A stretch of DNA of 64,000 nt from Malacoraja senta (taxonomy: Eukaryota), in assembly GCA_038087875.1 (NCBI GenBank), contig CM075978.1, positions 181,536,001-181,600,000 of the forward strand. The letters are read 5' to 3'. The notes under the pieces are model-generated. The model made no database searches, was not told where the DNA came from, and worked only from the letters and a program-made list of their open reading frames with translations. The first letter of the stretch is position 1. Each line of letters starts with the position of its first letter. The position numbers were made by a program, and so were the translations under genes. Positions 12,901 to 25,417 of this stretch are shown one piece after another.

Positions 12901-13250
12901 AGTTAATAGACTATATACATCTTTCTACATAGTTCATCACTTCTTCATCCATGCAATTCACATTTATCGCCCCGCACTCTATACTGGGCAGTGTGCCTTG
13001 TCTTAATCCATCACATGCCAGGTTGCTGCAAATCTGGGCTTTATCATTTAGCCTGGTTCCCTCACACCATGCTCACTGGATTTGTGGAAGGAGGCCTTGG
13101 ATTATGACCCTATAGAATACGAAGTTGAACATGGTCCAGCAGGTTTTTTGCTGCTCGTGCAGTTCTGATACAAATAATGACTCGGGTCTCACAACAGTTG
13201 AAGAATAGTGAACTATCACAACTGGCTTAACGTACACCCTCTTTGAGCAG

Positions 13251-13390
13251 ATTGCAGCAGTCAAGAGATCCGCAAAAAGGTCTGTGAGGAACGAGTCGTG
13301 AGCCTCTGCCAAGTGACTGCCCCAAGGAGCTTTGTGAGCTGATTGATGAATGCCGCGCTTATGATCCCTTTGAGCGTCCAAAGGCTGGAG
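13251..13390 (+). CDS. MLKL: MLKL penultimate exon [15 protein letters not shown]-[frameshift][30 protein letters not shown]
   Basis: gagcag|AT..GAG|gtagg; both halves match the MLKL C-lobe but in different frames (exon is 140 nt, phase 1->1 needs 3n). Confidence 0.9.
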
Positions 13391-13508
13391 GTAGGCAATG
13401 CTTTTGCAATTTGGAGATTATAAATGTAAGTTTTCGGGAAGCTGCAGATAGACTAGTCTGGGCCCAAATTGAGCTGTGAGAAATTGAGACGCCAGCAGAG
13501 AGAATTTT

Positions 13509-14007
13509 TGGAAGGACATTCTTGCTATTGAGGGAGTGCAGAGTAGGTTCACGAGGTTAATTCCCGGGATGGCAGGACTGTCATATGATGAAAGAATGGA
13601 ACGACTAGGCGTGTATTCACTGGAATTTAGAAGGATGAGAGGGGATCTGAGAAACATATAAAATGATTAAGGGATTGGGCAAGCTAGATGTAGGAAACAT
13701 GTTCCCAATGTTGGGGAGTCCAGAACCAGGGCCACAGTTTAAGAATAAGGGGTAGGCCATTTAGAACTGAGATGAGGAAAAGCTTTTTCACCCTGAGAGT
13801 TATGAATTTGTGGAATTCTCTGCCTCAGAAGGCAGTGGAGGCCGATTCACTGGATGCATTCAAAAGAATGGCTAGCGGAATCAAGGGATATGGGGAAAAG
13901 GCAGGAACGGGTACTGATTGTGGATGATCAGCCATGATCACATTGAATGGCGGTCTGGCTCCAAGGGCCGAATGGCCTACTCCTGCACCTATTTTCTATA
14001 TTTCTAT
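13509..14007 (+). mobile_element. CR1 LINE 3' end
   Basis: KDILAIEGVQ..FTRLIPGM; 3' UTR GGCCGAATGGCCTACTCCTGCACCTATTTTCTAT. Confidence 0.92.
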
Positions 14008-14364
14008 CTCTTAATGGCTTCTTACATCTGATGTACTAAGAAAGTAGGCCAGCGCATGGAGCACCCCCAGAGTGGGGGAATTCCAGCTTCCCAGCATTAC
14101 TCTAGAATGACCAGAATTAAATCTTAATCTCCTGTACACTGCGGTCAGCAGCCTGGGAGAAGAATTGGACCATTTAGTTCTTTGAACACTTTATAAAAAG
14201 TCTGAGAGAGGGGCAAAAGATGTTCACTGTCAAGAAAAAAGTGTGTTTGCATTCCAAAAGGCATTGGAACATATTGGGTCATCACCAGGAGGGTGAGGTG
14301 GAACAGTTGGGAATAGGATGTCGCGTGATGAAATCTCCAGAAATGTATCCAACCGCAAGACAAT

Positions 14365-14629
14365 GGCGGCACAGTGGCGCAGCGGTAGAAATGCTGCCTT
14401 ATAGCACCAGAGACCTGGGTTTGATCCTGTCTATGATGCTGTTGGTAGAGTTTGCACATTCTCCCCATGACCGCATGGGATTTCTCCGGGTGCTCCGGTT
14501 TCCTCCCACACTCCAATGACATGCGTGTTTGTAGATTAATTGGCTTCTATAAATTGTAAATTGTCCCCAGTGTGCAGGATAGTGCTAGTGCTGGTCGGCG
14601 CGGACTCAGTGGGTCGAAGGCCCTGTTTC
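14365..14629 (+). mobile_element. tRNA-derived SINE (HE1/V-SINE-like)
   Basis: GGCACAGTGGCGCAGCGG A-box, GGTTTGATCC B-box, central GGTGCTCCGGTTTCCTCCCACA, CR1-like tail. Confidence 0.85.
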
Positions 14630-16100
14630 AAAGGTTCAAAGGTCTGTTTATTGTCACGTGTACCAATTAAGAGACAGTGAACTCGAATTACGACACAGGC
14701 ATACTTTTAAAAAAGCAACAAGACACATAACTACATAAAAGTTAACATAACATAAACATCCACCACAGCTGATTCCCCACATTCCTCACTGTGATGGAAG
14801 GCAATAAAGTCCAATCTTCTTCCTCCGACTGCGGAGGGCTCAAAGGCCCCGACCACGGGTAAACAAAGAGGGAAGATGACAAAACTTTATTGCCTTCCCT
14901 CAGAGTGGGAAACGTTGATTCCGCTGTGTGAGGATGTTCATGTTAAATTCTATCGTGTATTGTGTTATTTTTATTCATATGCCTATATGGGACCTCAAAT
15001 CTCACTGTACCAATTGGTGCATGTGACAATAAATGTAACTTGAACTTGAACTTTAGTCTCCCACGGTCGGGGCAGTCGAACCACCCGCAGTCGGGGCGAT
15101 CGAAGCTTCCGCAGACGGTGATCGGAGCCCCCACGTCAGGGCGATCGAAGCTCCCGCTTCGGGGCGGTCGAAGCTCCTGCGGCTTAGAGCTCCCGAAGTC
15201 GGTGTCTGACCAGGGACCGCGAGCTCCTTGATTTTAAAGTCCGCAGGCTCCCGCGGTTGGAGCACCCGAAGTCGATCTCCAGCAAAGGCCGTCAGCTCCT
15301 CGATCTTAGGCCACAGTGTGGACGGAGATACGATACGGACAAAAATCGCATCTCCGTCGTGGTAAGAGATATTTTTTTTAATTTCCCCCCAACACCCCCC
15401 CACATAAAACAAGCTTCTTAGGCTCCCTTCGGTCATGGCTGACCATGGGTGTCTCCAAGGTTGGAGGACGCCAGTGCATGACTTTGTTTAACGTGGGAGA
15501 CTGGTGCACAACAGCCACCACATGGTCCTTGACAGATCTGGGCCAGGATCCAGTGGAATGGAGTCCAAGACGACCCGGAGATCCTTTTCTGCTGCAGCCT
15601 TCATCCACCTTCCCAGCCGTTGTGACTCTCCACTAAGGGCCAATCATCCTCCGCCTGTTCCACCGTTGAGGCCTTGGTTGGATTGATCTTTGTCAGAGTC
15701 CTCCCCCTCGACCTTACCGCCATGGGTGGCCCTACCAGGAGCACAGCTCCAGACACCATCACTCTCAGGCTCCAGGACCACACAAGCTTCTCCACCACAA
15801 CAAGGTATCAATCCACAGGAGATGTTAAAGTCCGCAGGCTTCCGCGGTTGGAGCTCCCAAAGTCAATCTCCAGCAAAGACCACCAGCTCCTCGATGTTAG
15901 GCCACTGTGCGGACGGAGATACGATACGGACAACAATCGAATCTCCGTGTGGTAAGAATTTTTTTTTTAAAGTTTCCCCCAACCCACCCCCCACATAAAA
16001 CAAGCTAAAGAACACTAAAACATAAAAACATACGGAAAACCAACAAAGAAGGGACAAGACAGACTGTTGGCGAGGCAGCCACTGCGGCACCACCCGGTGG
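14630..16100 (-). mobile_element. Composite GC-rich non-autonomous element with Rex1-type tail, carrying nested insertions
   Basis: Tail rc(TGTGACAATAAA..) at 14630-14660; head CCACCGGGTGG.. at ~16100 shared with ~26075; nested + copy 14827-15052; RTE-like insert 15416-15820. Confidence 0.7.
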
Positions 16101-16424
16101 AATCTCCACGCTGTATCTCTAAAGTCTGAAGTAAAGTCTAAAGACAACCAAGGCTTAAACCTGATGAAAATTTCCAAACCATAATTCTCAGTAGCTTATG
16201 TACACTGTGTGCTATCCAGTTAAAACTTCAGACCAATTTCAGTGAATATGCACTACCAAAGCTAAAGAAGCAGCACATTTTGTATATCCAAGCAATGACT
16301 GTTCTGCAGTCTCCACAATGTGAATAATTTGTGTAAGGGTCTATGCCCATTACCTGGGGTGTGTGTTGATAAAACTCAGAGATTTTCTTGTATAATGACA
16401 TGCAATCTCTCTTCTTGCTTTCAG

Positions 16425-16492
16425 CTATCATGGACAGGGTGAAGAATATTCTAAAGAGAATTACTGAAATAACCAAAGAAGCAAGGGATTGA
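16425..16492 (+). CDS. MLKL: MLKL terminal coding exon (A)IMDRVKNILKRITEITKEARD*
   Basis: Polypyrimidine tract + ttcag acceptor, phase 1; helix resembling human EILKKL; TGA at 16490-16492. Confidence 0.75.
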
Positions 16493-16867
16493 ATCAAGCA
16501 TCCATCCGATCTCAATACTCCACTTATGTTTGGCTAGGTCGAAGCGATAACATTTGTTTAGGCATTCTACAAGCTTCGCTTGTGCAACCTGAATTTGGCT
16601 TTTTGCGAATTTGGCTTTGTGCCTTCCATGAAGAATTTCTCCTCTCTCCGGCGGAAGTTCTGTGAGACTCTCTCACTTCTCCTCCAGCCGCCCCCCTTCC
16701 CCACCTGTGATTCCTGCTGCTCTCCTGCTCTATGACCATGTTCTGACCCAAACTCGCTACCACAGCCATTAGTGCTTCCAGAGCTTTTTCGTCTATCCTC
16801 AGTTACACCAGCACTTTAGGTCTTTATTTATATAAACCAGCATCTGCAGTTCCTTGTATCTAACAGA

Positions 16868-16873
16868 AATAAA
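16868..16873 (+). terminator. Candidate MLKL polyadenylation signal AATAAA
   Basis: AATAAA ~375 nt after the stop codon. Confidence 0.45.
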
Positions 16874-17006
16874 ATGCATTCCATTGTCCAACTCTCTGAG
16901 AGTGACTTCCTTAATTGTTCACAGTATTTACATAATTGAGAAATTTGCAAATTATACAAAAATTGATGTTTGGTTGACAGGAAAACTTTAGATTTAAGAA
17001 AGTATT

Positions 17007-17331
17007 GATGCTGCCATACAGCGCCAGACACTCAGGTTCAATCCTGACCACGGTTGCTGACTGTACGGAGTTTGCACGTTGGGACTAGTGTAGCTGGGAC
17101 GTGTTGGCCGGTGTGGGTAAGTTGGGCTGAAGGGCCTGTTTCCACACTGTATGACTCTACGTGGGTATTCTCCAGGTGCTCCAGATTCATCCCACTCTCC
17201 AAAAATTGATAGGTTTGTAGATTAATTGGCTTCAGTAAAAATTGTAAAATTGTCCCTAGAGTGCAGGATAGCATTAGTGTACTGAAGGGCCTGTTTCTGC
17301 ACTGTACCGCTAAAGTCTTAAGTCTAAAGTC
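17007..17331 (+). mobile_element. V-SINE-like SINE with an internal second tail fragment
   Basis: Same family as 14365; (CTAAAGT)n tail. Confidence 0.75.
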
Positions 17332-18575
17332 TAGTCAATTGGTTAGAGAAACAGCAAAAGCAAGTTAATTCAGCGAAATATAAATATTTAGCAGAGGTGC
17401 ACCAAGCATGGGAAAGTGCTATAAATGGGTGGATATTGAGACGAGTAGAGTGACTCTGGGATATGTGACCAGAGATCCTTAAAGATGGCAGGACAAGTAG
17501 GTGATATGGTTCAAAAGGCAGATGGTATGCTTCACTTTACTAGCCAAAGCACAGAAGGTAAACTAGATTTTTTTCAAGAGACAGTGAGATGTTTCAGGTT
17601 TTCTCAGGCTTTGACCATATCCATGAATCTTTTCCTCTATTCACCTGGCAATCTGTTTCAGGATTTAGTGTCAGGCTTGCGAATAACGTGACCAGTCCCA
17701 CAAAGCCAGCGGAATGTTATTAGTAATTAAAGCTGGAAATGGCGACTGGGAGAAGATACTGACATTGGTTTCCTTATTCTTGCACTGAATTGGAAGGATT
17801 CTGCAGAGACAGTATTGGTGGTATCATTTCAGTACCTGTTGATTGAAGCTTACTTTCCATAATTCCGATTGCAAATAATCAGAACACATTGATTAGATGC
17901 TAATCCGAGCTCCCTTTCAGATATCAGTTATTCAACATCAGCCAGTTGAACCTCTCAGTAAGATTCTACTCCGCAGCTCACTCCACAGACGGTCAATCAT
18001 CATCTGCATTAAGACAAAACCTTTGCGTATCCTAATTAAATTCTAGTTAATTCGGGCAGATTATTTGCATACTTGTGGTGACCTAATCAGAGGTCATTAG
18101 AACCCATGTTAGAAAGAATAACACCAAAAGAATTGATATCAGGCTGCCAACCTGATTACCAGGAACAGAATCTGGGACCTTCCTGGTCCATTTTGCCCAG
18201 GTTCATATGAGCCAGGTGCTTCTCAAGGGGATGCAGAGCGTACTTTAGTGCTGATGGATACATTTGCACATCTGTCATTATACATGGGTTGTGTCTGCCT
18301 GCTATTTAAATGCATCATAGTTAAGTTATAACTCCATCACTTATAGCTCCAACCGCTTAAGTGGCTGGGCATTTTGTCAAAATATTTGAAATTCACTAAG
18401 AAATGAAGCAGAGACAAAAATGGGCCAGTCCCATTGAATAGCTAGTCTACTGCAGGAACACAACAGCGGGATCATAGACTATTGAGGCAAAAAGGTTAAT
18501 TTTCATCTCCATGAGATTTGATTCATTTGGTAGCAACTCCTGTCACAATTTCAGATTTGAAGACGTTTCAGCCAA

Positions 18576-18627
18576 CTGAGCACATAATCCAAGCTGATTA
18601 TCCAGTGCACCATTGAGAGAGCACTAA
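18576..18627 (+). mobile_element. Possible DeuSINE (SacSINE1/AmnSINE1-like) relic
   Basis: TGAGCACATAATCCAAGCTGA..CCAGTGCA..TGAGAGAGCACT resembles the DeuSINE consensus as recalled from memory. Confidence 0.35.
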
Positions 18628-18629
18628 TC

Positions 18630-19357
18630 AATAGACAATAGATGCAGGAGTAGGCCATTTGCCCCTTCGAGCCAGCACCACCATTCAATGTGATCATGGC
18701 TGATCATCCCCAATCAGTACCCCGTTCCTGCCTTCTCCCCATATCCGCTGACTGCACTATTTTTAAGAGCCCTATCTAGAGAATTCCACAGACTCACCAC
18801 TCTCTGTGATAAAAAGTGTTTCCTCATCTCCGTTCTAAATGGCTTACTCCTTATTCTTAAACTGTGGTCCCTGGTTCTGGACTCCCCCAACATCGGGAAC
18901 ATGTTTTCTGCCTCTAGTGTGTCCAAGCCCTTAACAATCATATATGTTTCAATGAGATTCCCTCTCATCCTTCTAAACTCCAGAGTGTACAAGCCCAGCT
19001 GCTCCATTCTCTCAGCATATAACAGTCCCGCCATCCCGGGAATTAACCTTGTAAACCTATGCTGCACTCCCTCAATAGCAAGAATGTCCTCAAATTAGGG
19101 GACCAAAACTGCACACAATACTCTAGGTGTGGTCTCACTAGGGCTCTGTACAACTGCAGAAGGACCTCTTTGCTCCTATATTCAATTCCTCTTGTTATAA
19201 AGGCCAACATGCCATTTGCTTTCTTCACTGCCTGCTGTACCTGCATGCTTACTTTCATGGACTGATGTACAAGGACCCCCAGATCCCGTTGTACTTCCCT
19301 TTTTCCCAACTTGACGCCATTTAGATAGTAATCTGCCTTCCTGTTTTTGCTACCAAA
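18630..19357 (-). mobile_element. CR1 LINE 3' fragment
   Basis: ORFs 18714-19067 and 19043-19453 (RPHLEYCVQFWSP; FTRLIPGM). Confidence 0.93.
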
Positions 19358-19814
19358 AATCCTGTCAGCTGCTGGCTCCAAGTTGAAACAATAAACCAGT
19401 GTGCCTTCTCTCAATGAATTTCTTCCAGGGCTTAACAAATCAGACACCAGCATGATGTAACTCGAGGCTGAGCCGCCTCGAAGCAGGAACTAGTCTCAGA
19501 ATAACACATCGGCCATTGAAGACAATTTTCTTCAGCCAGAGGGTAACAAGTCTTTAGAATTCTCTCCCAGAAGGGCAATTACAGTTCAGTTGTAAATATA
19601 TTCAGGAAAGTGTTCTATGGATTTTCAGATATGAAGGAAACCAAGGAGTATGGGATTAGTAGATGAAACAGTCATTGAGGTAAAAGATTAGCAATGACGT
19701 AATTGAGTGGCAGAGTTGGTACGTGGGGCAATTGGCCTTTGCCACCTTCTGTTTCTTATTTTCTTTGGGCTTTAGTTGATATTAAAGGCCGAATAGCACC
19801 AGTAACAAGAACAT

Positions 19815-20290
19815 ACGGGCACCGTGGTGCAGTTAATAGAAGTACTGCCTCATTGCTCCAACAATGTGCATTCAACTGATCTTGGATGCTGCCTGTGTGG
19901 AATTTGCATTCTCCCTGTGACTGTCAAGGGCCTGTCCCACTTGGGCGTTATTTCTGCGTAATTTACGCGACATAATTTACGCGTCACGACGCAACATCAT
20001 TTACACGTCACGCACATGTCGTGCCGCGCGCATGGCGTGCATGGGGCGTGGTGAGACGTGGTGTAGGCAGTCACGCGCGGCGCCCCAGGATTTTGGGATT
20101 CCTGACACCCAAGTGGGACAGGCCCTTAAGTTTCTTCCGATTACTCCAGTTTCCTCCTACATCCCATAGAAAATCCAGGTAAGTAGGCTAATTGACATCT
20201 GTAAATTGCTCCCATTGTGGAGGTGATTGGCATGATTCATTGATGGTGACAAATAGTTGGGAAGGATAAAATGGAATCAATGTAGGATTA
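19815..20290 (+). mobile_element. Old V-SINE-like SINE interrupted by a MITE
   Basis: GGGCACCGTGGTGCAG head; SINE body resumes at 20130. Confidence 0.6.
19927..20126. mobile_element. PIF/Harbinger-like MITE
   Basis: Perfect 19-bp TIR AGGGCCTGTCCCACTTGGG / CCCAAGTGGGACAGGCCCT; TCA/TAA flanks; CpG-rich interior. Confidence 0.8.
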
Positions 20291-22172
20291 ATGCTAATGA
20301 GACCTGATTAGATCTATCCCGGTTTCCGCAGTGAGCGAGCTGAGCCTACCGGGCGGGTCCTCCGTCATCGGTCCACGGCGAGCCAGGCCCGCTTGCCGGG
20401 AGTGATCCAGTGGGTTGCTTGCTGGGAGAGTCCAACAAGTAGGAGTGATATAAAAGCAAAATAATGAGGACCAGAATGTTCCTAAAAGAATGTCAAAACA
20501 AAAAAAAAGGAACTTCTGATTATTCAAATAGAAACAAAAAATGCAGGAAACATTTCTGTGGTGGTCAGGGGTGTGAGAAGTCAGAATTCCCTCAGAGAAA
20601 GGGATGGGGAGAGCAAAGTGGAAATATCTGACCACCCCCTTATATTAAAACATTTAAGACATTTGGACAGCCATATGGGTAGGGAAAAGGGACATGGGTC
20701 GAATGTATGTAAACAAAATAAGCTTAGATGGGCATGGATAAAGTAGGGCTTAAGGGCCTGCTTCCATACTATATGAATCTATGACTGAAACTTAAATAAA
20801 CTTACTTTTCTAGCTCTGATGAAAGGTACTTGACCCAAAATGTCACTTTCCTCCCCAATGGTGTGCCCCAACCTGGTGAGTGATTCCAGTGGGAATGCAA
20901 TCATGTTGAGTGGATTATGTCCCATACATGCAGCCCCATTACTTTTCTTGTCATATTTAAATGAGCTTGGATATTGGACATAAACTTCAATGTCTGCACA
21001 AATCCAGTAATTCAACAACTTCGCCGTTAATAAGCGCAGAAGGGGAAAATATCAGGTGAAAAGAGCAGATACATGACAGATTATTTAATGGAGAAATTTA
21101 TGAAGCAATGCCATTTGAGAGCTATTCTCAAAGGATTGTGAAGCCAGAGCAACGTTTGGTGTATGTTTACAAATTTTAAAGGAGGAACAGCAAGTAAGGG
21201 AACGTATAAAAGCTGGTTTTATAACAGGGAAGTGAAATAGGGAAGGATTAAGACACCACTTAAAAAAAAATATGTCTAGTTGGTTTGCAAGATAAAGAGG
21301 GAAGTATACTGTGATCATTCTTGACACAAGGGAGTTCTGTTATCTGGGAACTATGGAGATCCTGAGCTTGTTCTGAGAACAAGGCAGGCTCAGGGAAAGT
21401 ACAACACAGGTTCAATACCTTAAAAGATGTTTTAAAGCAAGAATGAAAAAACTATTTCCTTTATCAAGGAGAACAGCAACTCAAAGGATATCGTTAAACT
21501 GGGAAGGGTACAAAATAGATTCACCAGGATGTTACCAGAGTTCGAAGGCATGAGTTATAAAGAGAAGCTGGATAGGCAATGTCTTTTTGGTCTGAAGCAC
21601 AGGAGATCTTTACCCCATATAGAGGTATAGAAAATTATGAAGAGGCATCGATAAGGTGAATGGACAAGGTATTTTTTTCCAGGATAATGGAGCCCAGAAC
21701 TTGAGTGCATAGGTTTGAGAGGGGAAAGATTTAAAAGAGACCCGAGGGACAATTTCTTCATTCAGAGAATAGTGCATTTAAGGAATGAGCTGCCAGAGGA
21801 AGTTGTAGAGGCAGGTAAAATTGTGACTTTTAAAATACATTGGGTCTGAGTTGGGTCAGATTGCCCGTTTCCATGCTGCATAACACTTTGGCTCTAATTG
21901 GTGAATGAACTGGAGACAAAATGAGAACACCTTGAACACAGAAATATTGTTAAGATCTGCTACACACTGTCTGAAAGGATGAAGGAATGAAGATTTCAAA
22001 GAAACTTTAAAAGGGCGATTATACATGGGCACGACAGATCCAGTTTGCAGGATGCTAAAAGGGAAGTCGTCATGGTACAATATCGGGTTCCTCATCCAAA
22101 GATCCGAGATATGCATGACATGTTGACCAGATACCTCCGATGTAAGATTTTATATTTCTGTGAATTTTGTCG

Positions 22173-23040
22173 TCTTCTATCCTCTATCTATCTACATCGG
22201 TACACGATAGCGCTATGGCATTTCACCACCTTACCTACCATTCTCCTGTGCTCAAGTGCACCAAGTTTTGTTCCAATCGATGATATAGTTTCAAAGTTAT
22301 TAAGGTTTGAAAATCTTAAAAATCACGCATGTGCAGTTTTGGTCTCTTCTCCTGTCAGTGACCGGCACGCAGATTGGTCTCCTGTCCTGTCATTCACTGG
22401 CGGCACCCGCCTTGCACAGCATTGCCCGGTGTTGCACGGTCACAGCCACACAGCCAGTCGGCTGGAAGCGGCCAGAGGGGGTGGCCACAGCTGCCGCTGG
22501 CCACAGCCAGAGCCGCCGCGGGCCATAGCGGCAACCTCGAGATCCTGGGGAGGTGAGGAGGCAGAGTGGAGGGATTGAGGGAAAGGAGGGGGTTATGAGG
22601 GAAAGGGTGGAAAGTGGGAGAGGTGAGGATGGAGTGGGGGAGAAGGGGGAATAGGGGGGGTAGGGAGGGGAATACCTGGGGAGGTGAGGAGGGAGAGCGG
22701 GGGATTGAGGGAGAGGAGGGGGTAGGGACGGAGAGGGTGGAAAGTGGGGGAGGTGAGGAGTGGGTGATAGAGGGATAGGAGGGGGGTTGGGAGGGGAGAG
22801 GAGTTATGGAGGGTGGGGGAAAGGAGAGGGAGGGTGGGATTGGGGATGGAAGGAGGAGAGGGGAAAGAAGATGGAGGATGAAGAGAAGGGGGGGGAGTGC
22901 TGGGGGATGAGGGGAAATGAGCCGCGCCTGCGCAGTTGGGGGCTATGGGTGAGTGGTGGAGTATTGCATTGGGGAACGGGTTGCGTTGGGGGACCAGGCC
23001 TCCAGTGTAACAGGGACCCAATTGGTACCACTTAGTCTAG
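22173..23040 (+). mobile_element. Non-autonomous Helitron-like element (copy A)
   Basis: TCTATC-rich 5' end; 3' imperfect hairpin then CTAG|T; purine-rich middle; ends shared with copies B-E. Confidence 0.7.
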
Positions 23041-24221
23041 TTGTTTTATAAATTCAGTGGCTCAAAATAAGATATTTATTTTCCATCATAGTGAAGTTCT
23101 GAAGTTTTCCTAAAGGAGGGTGAAACAGTGAATCAGTTCTGGTAAAAAAAAACATTGCGCACATTAATGTAGTGTCTATGAACTGAAAAGGTAAATGCGG
23201 TCACGTTCATGCGGTGACTACAGGGGAATGCTTGAGCATTATTTGTACATTGTTACATCAGTCATGGTGGGGCAGCAATTCGCTGAATGGTTTTATCCTG
23301 AGTAATATCTTCAAGCTGCCGGGGGAGAATATTCTATCAGATTCACAACTTGTACATTGTAAAATTTGAAAGGCCTGGGATTAAAGATGGGAATTGTTTG
23401 CCACAGGAACCGCTCTTCTTACCTACAGTTGTCACCACCTTTTTTATTAAGCCCTATTAAGTTCAGAAGGTATTCCTGAAGGTCCTACTAAGTTTACGAG
23501 CATTTGTGGTCGTAGGATGATGATAGTGGTGGTTTGGCAACATGAGGAGAGCATTGTCACCAGTAAGTGGCTTCACTTCTTCAAGTAGGGAAATGTCATT
23601 GAGTGATGTGTGGATGGTGCAGATGCTATTTATCAGCCCAGACATATGAATGCCGAACCAACGGACACCTGCACATATTTGCTAACCCCATCCAATGTAC
23701 ATTTGTTTCAACGAGCAGCAGAACTAGTTTCCTCTCTCCACTTTCAATGCTTATATTGTATACAAGAGTCTTATGTAATTTTGATGCCATTCAATACAAA
23801 ACTGTGTACATATTGTTGGCATTTCAAGTGATCTTAGTGCATTTTTCTGACATGGACATAAACAACATAGATATCAGCAAACATAGAACATGTTTGTTAC
23901 CTATGGACGGCCTGTATTTGGTAATGTAGGAGTTTATAAAGCCTAATTTCTACTGGCATACACTTTGCTATGTCCTGTAACTCAGAAGGCTTATGTAATT
24001 TATGAGCTCCAGTCAAAGGTGGGACAAAGCTTGGTGATGGAATAAAATGGAAAGTTCTGTAAATACCATCAGGCCAGACAGCCTCTGTGGAGAAGCAAAT
24101 GGAGACAAGATTTCAGGTAGATGGCCTCTCATCAGTAGGCCGTTAACCTGAAATATTGTAATTAATTTATTGTAATTAATTTATTAGCCTGGTATGTAAA
24201 AACATACAAGGAATTTGATTT

Positions 24222-24760
24222 AAGAATGAACTGCACATGCTGGAAAATCAAAGGTAGACAAAAGTGCTGGAGAAACTCAGCGGGTGCAGCAGCAACCATG
24301 GAGCGAAGGAAATAGGCAACATTTCGGGCCAAAACCCTTCTTCGGAGTGATGTAGGGTGGGGTGGGGGGGGGGGGGGCGGGTAGAAGAAAGGAAGAGGAG
24401 CCAGAGGGCTGAGGGAGAGCTGAGAAGGGGAGGAGACAATAAGGGCTACCGGAAATTGGAGATGTCAATGTTCATGCCGCTGGGGTATAAACTGCCCAAG
24501 CGAAATATGAGGTGCTGCTCCTCCAATTTCTGGTGGTGCTCACTTTGGCCATGGAGGAGACCCAGGACAGAAAGTTCGGATTCGGAATGGGAGGGGGAGT
24601 TGAAGTGCTGAGCCACCAGGAGATCAGATATGTTATTGCGGACCGAGCGGAGGTGTTCGGCGAAATGATCGCCAAGCCTACGCTTGGTCTCACCGATGTA
24701 GATCAGCTGACATCTAGAGCAGCGGATGCAATAGATGAGGTTGATAGACCTTTTGTCTAC
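24222..24760 (-). mobile_element. Penelope-like 3' fragment (GIY-YIG C-terminus + hammerhead motif)
   Basis: ORF 24446-24763; 15-bp TSD CAAGGAATTTGATTT (24207-24221, 24761-24775). Confidence 0.92.
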
Positions 24761-24775
24761 CAAGGAATTTGATTT

Positions 24776-25365
24776 GCCATACAGTCATACCAAAAAAGCA
24801 ACAAGAAACATAACTAAATAAAAATTTACATAAGCATCCACTGCAGCGCACTGTGATAGAAGTCAGTAACATATTATCTTCTTCCCTCCTTTTCTCCCGT
24901 GGTCGGGGCAGTCGAACCATCCGCAGTCGAGGTGATCGAAGCTCACGCTTTGGGGCGATCGATGCTCCCGCGATCGGGGAGGTCGAAGCTCCTGTGGCTT
25001 GGAGCTGCCGAAGTCGGTCCCTAACCAAGGGACCACCAGCTCCACAATGTTGAGTCCACAGGCTCCCGCGGTTGGAGCTCCCGAAATCGAGTCCCAGCAG
25101 AGGGACTGCCAGCTCCACAATGTCAGACCGCAGTGCGGACAGAGATACGATACGGGAAAGTCGCATCTCCGTCGCGAGAAAAGAGATAAAAAATGATTCC
25201 CCAGAATCATGGCTCGAATGGCCGAATGCCCTACTCCTGCACCTATTGTCTATTTTCACGCCCCACGTAATGCAATACTAAAGATACACTAAAACATACA
25301 TTTAACAACAGACTAAACATCAAAAGACGAAAAGAACGAGACAGACCGTTGACGAGGCTTACCAA
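24776..25365 (-). mobile_element. GC-rich non-autonomous element (family of 14630-16100)
   Basis: Shared GGACGGAGATACGATACGG-type and GAGCTCCCGAAGTCG-type blocks. Confidence 0.65.
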
Positions 25366-25417
25366 ATATTAACTCTGTTTCTCCCTCCACATATGTTGCC
25401 TAACAAAATGAGCATTT

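Noticed and set aside
13509-19090. Inverted CR1 pair around the last MLKL exon as a dsRNA structure
   Set aside because: The second copy lies ~1.8 kb past the candidate poly(A) site, and CR1 is so abundant that such pairs are expected
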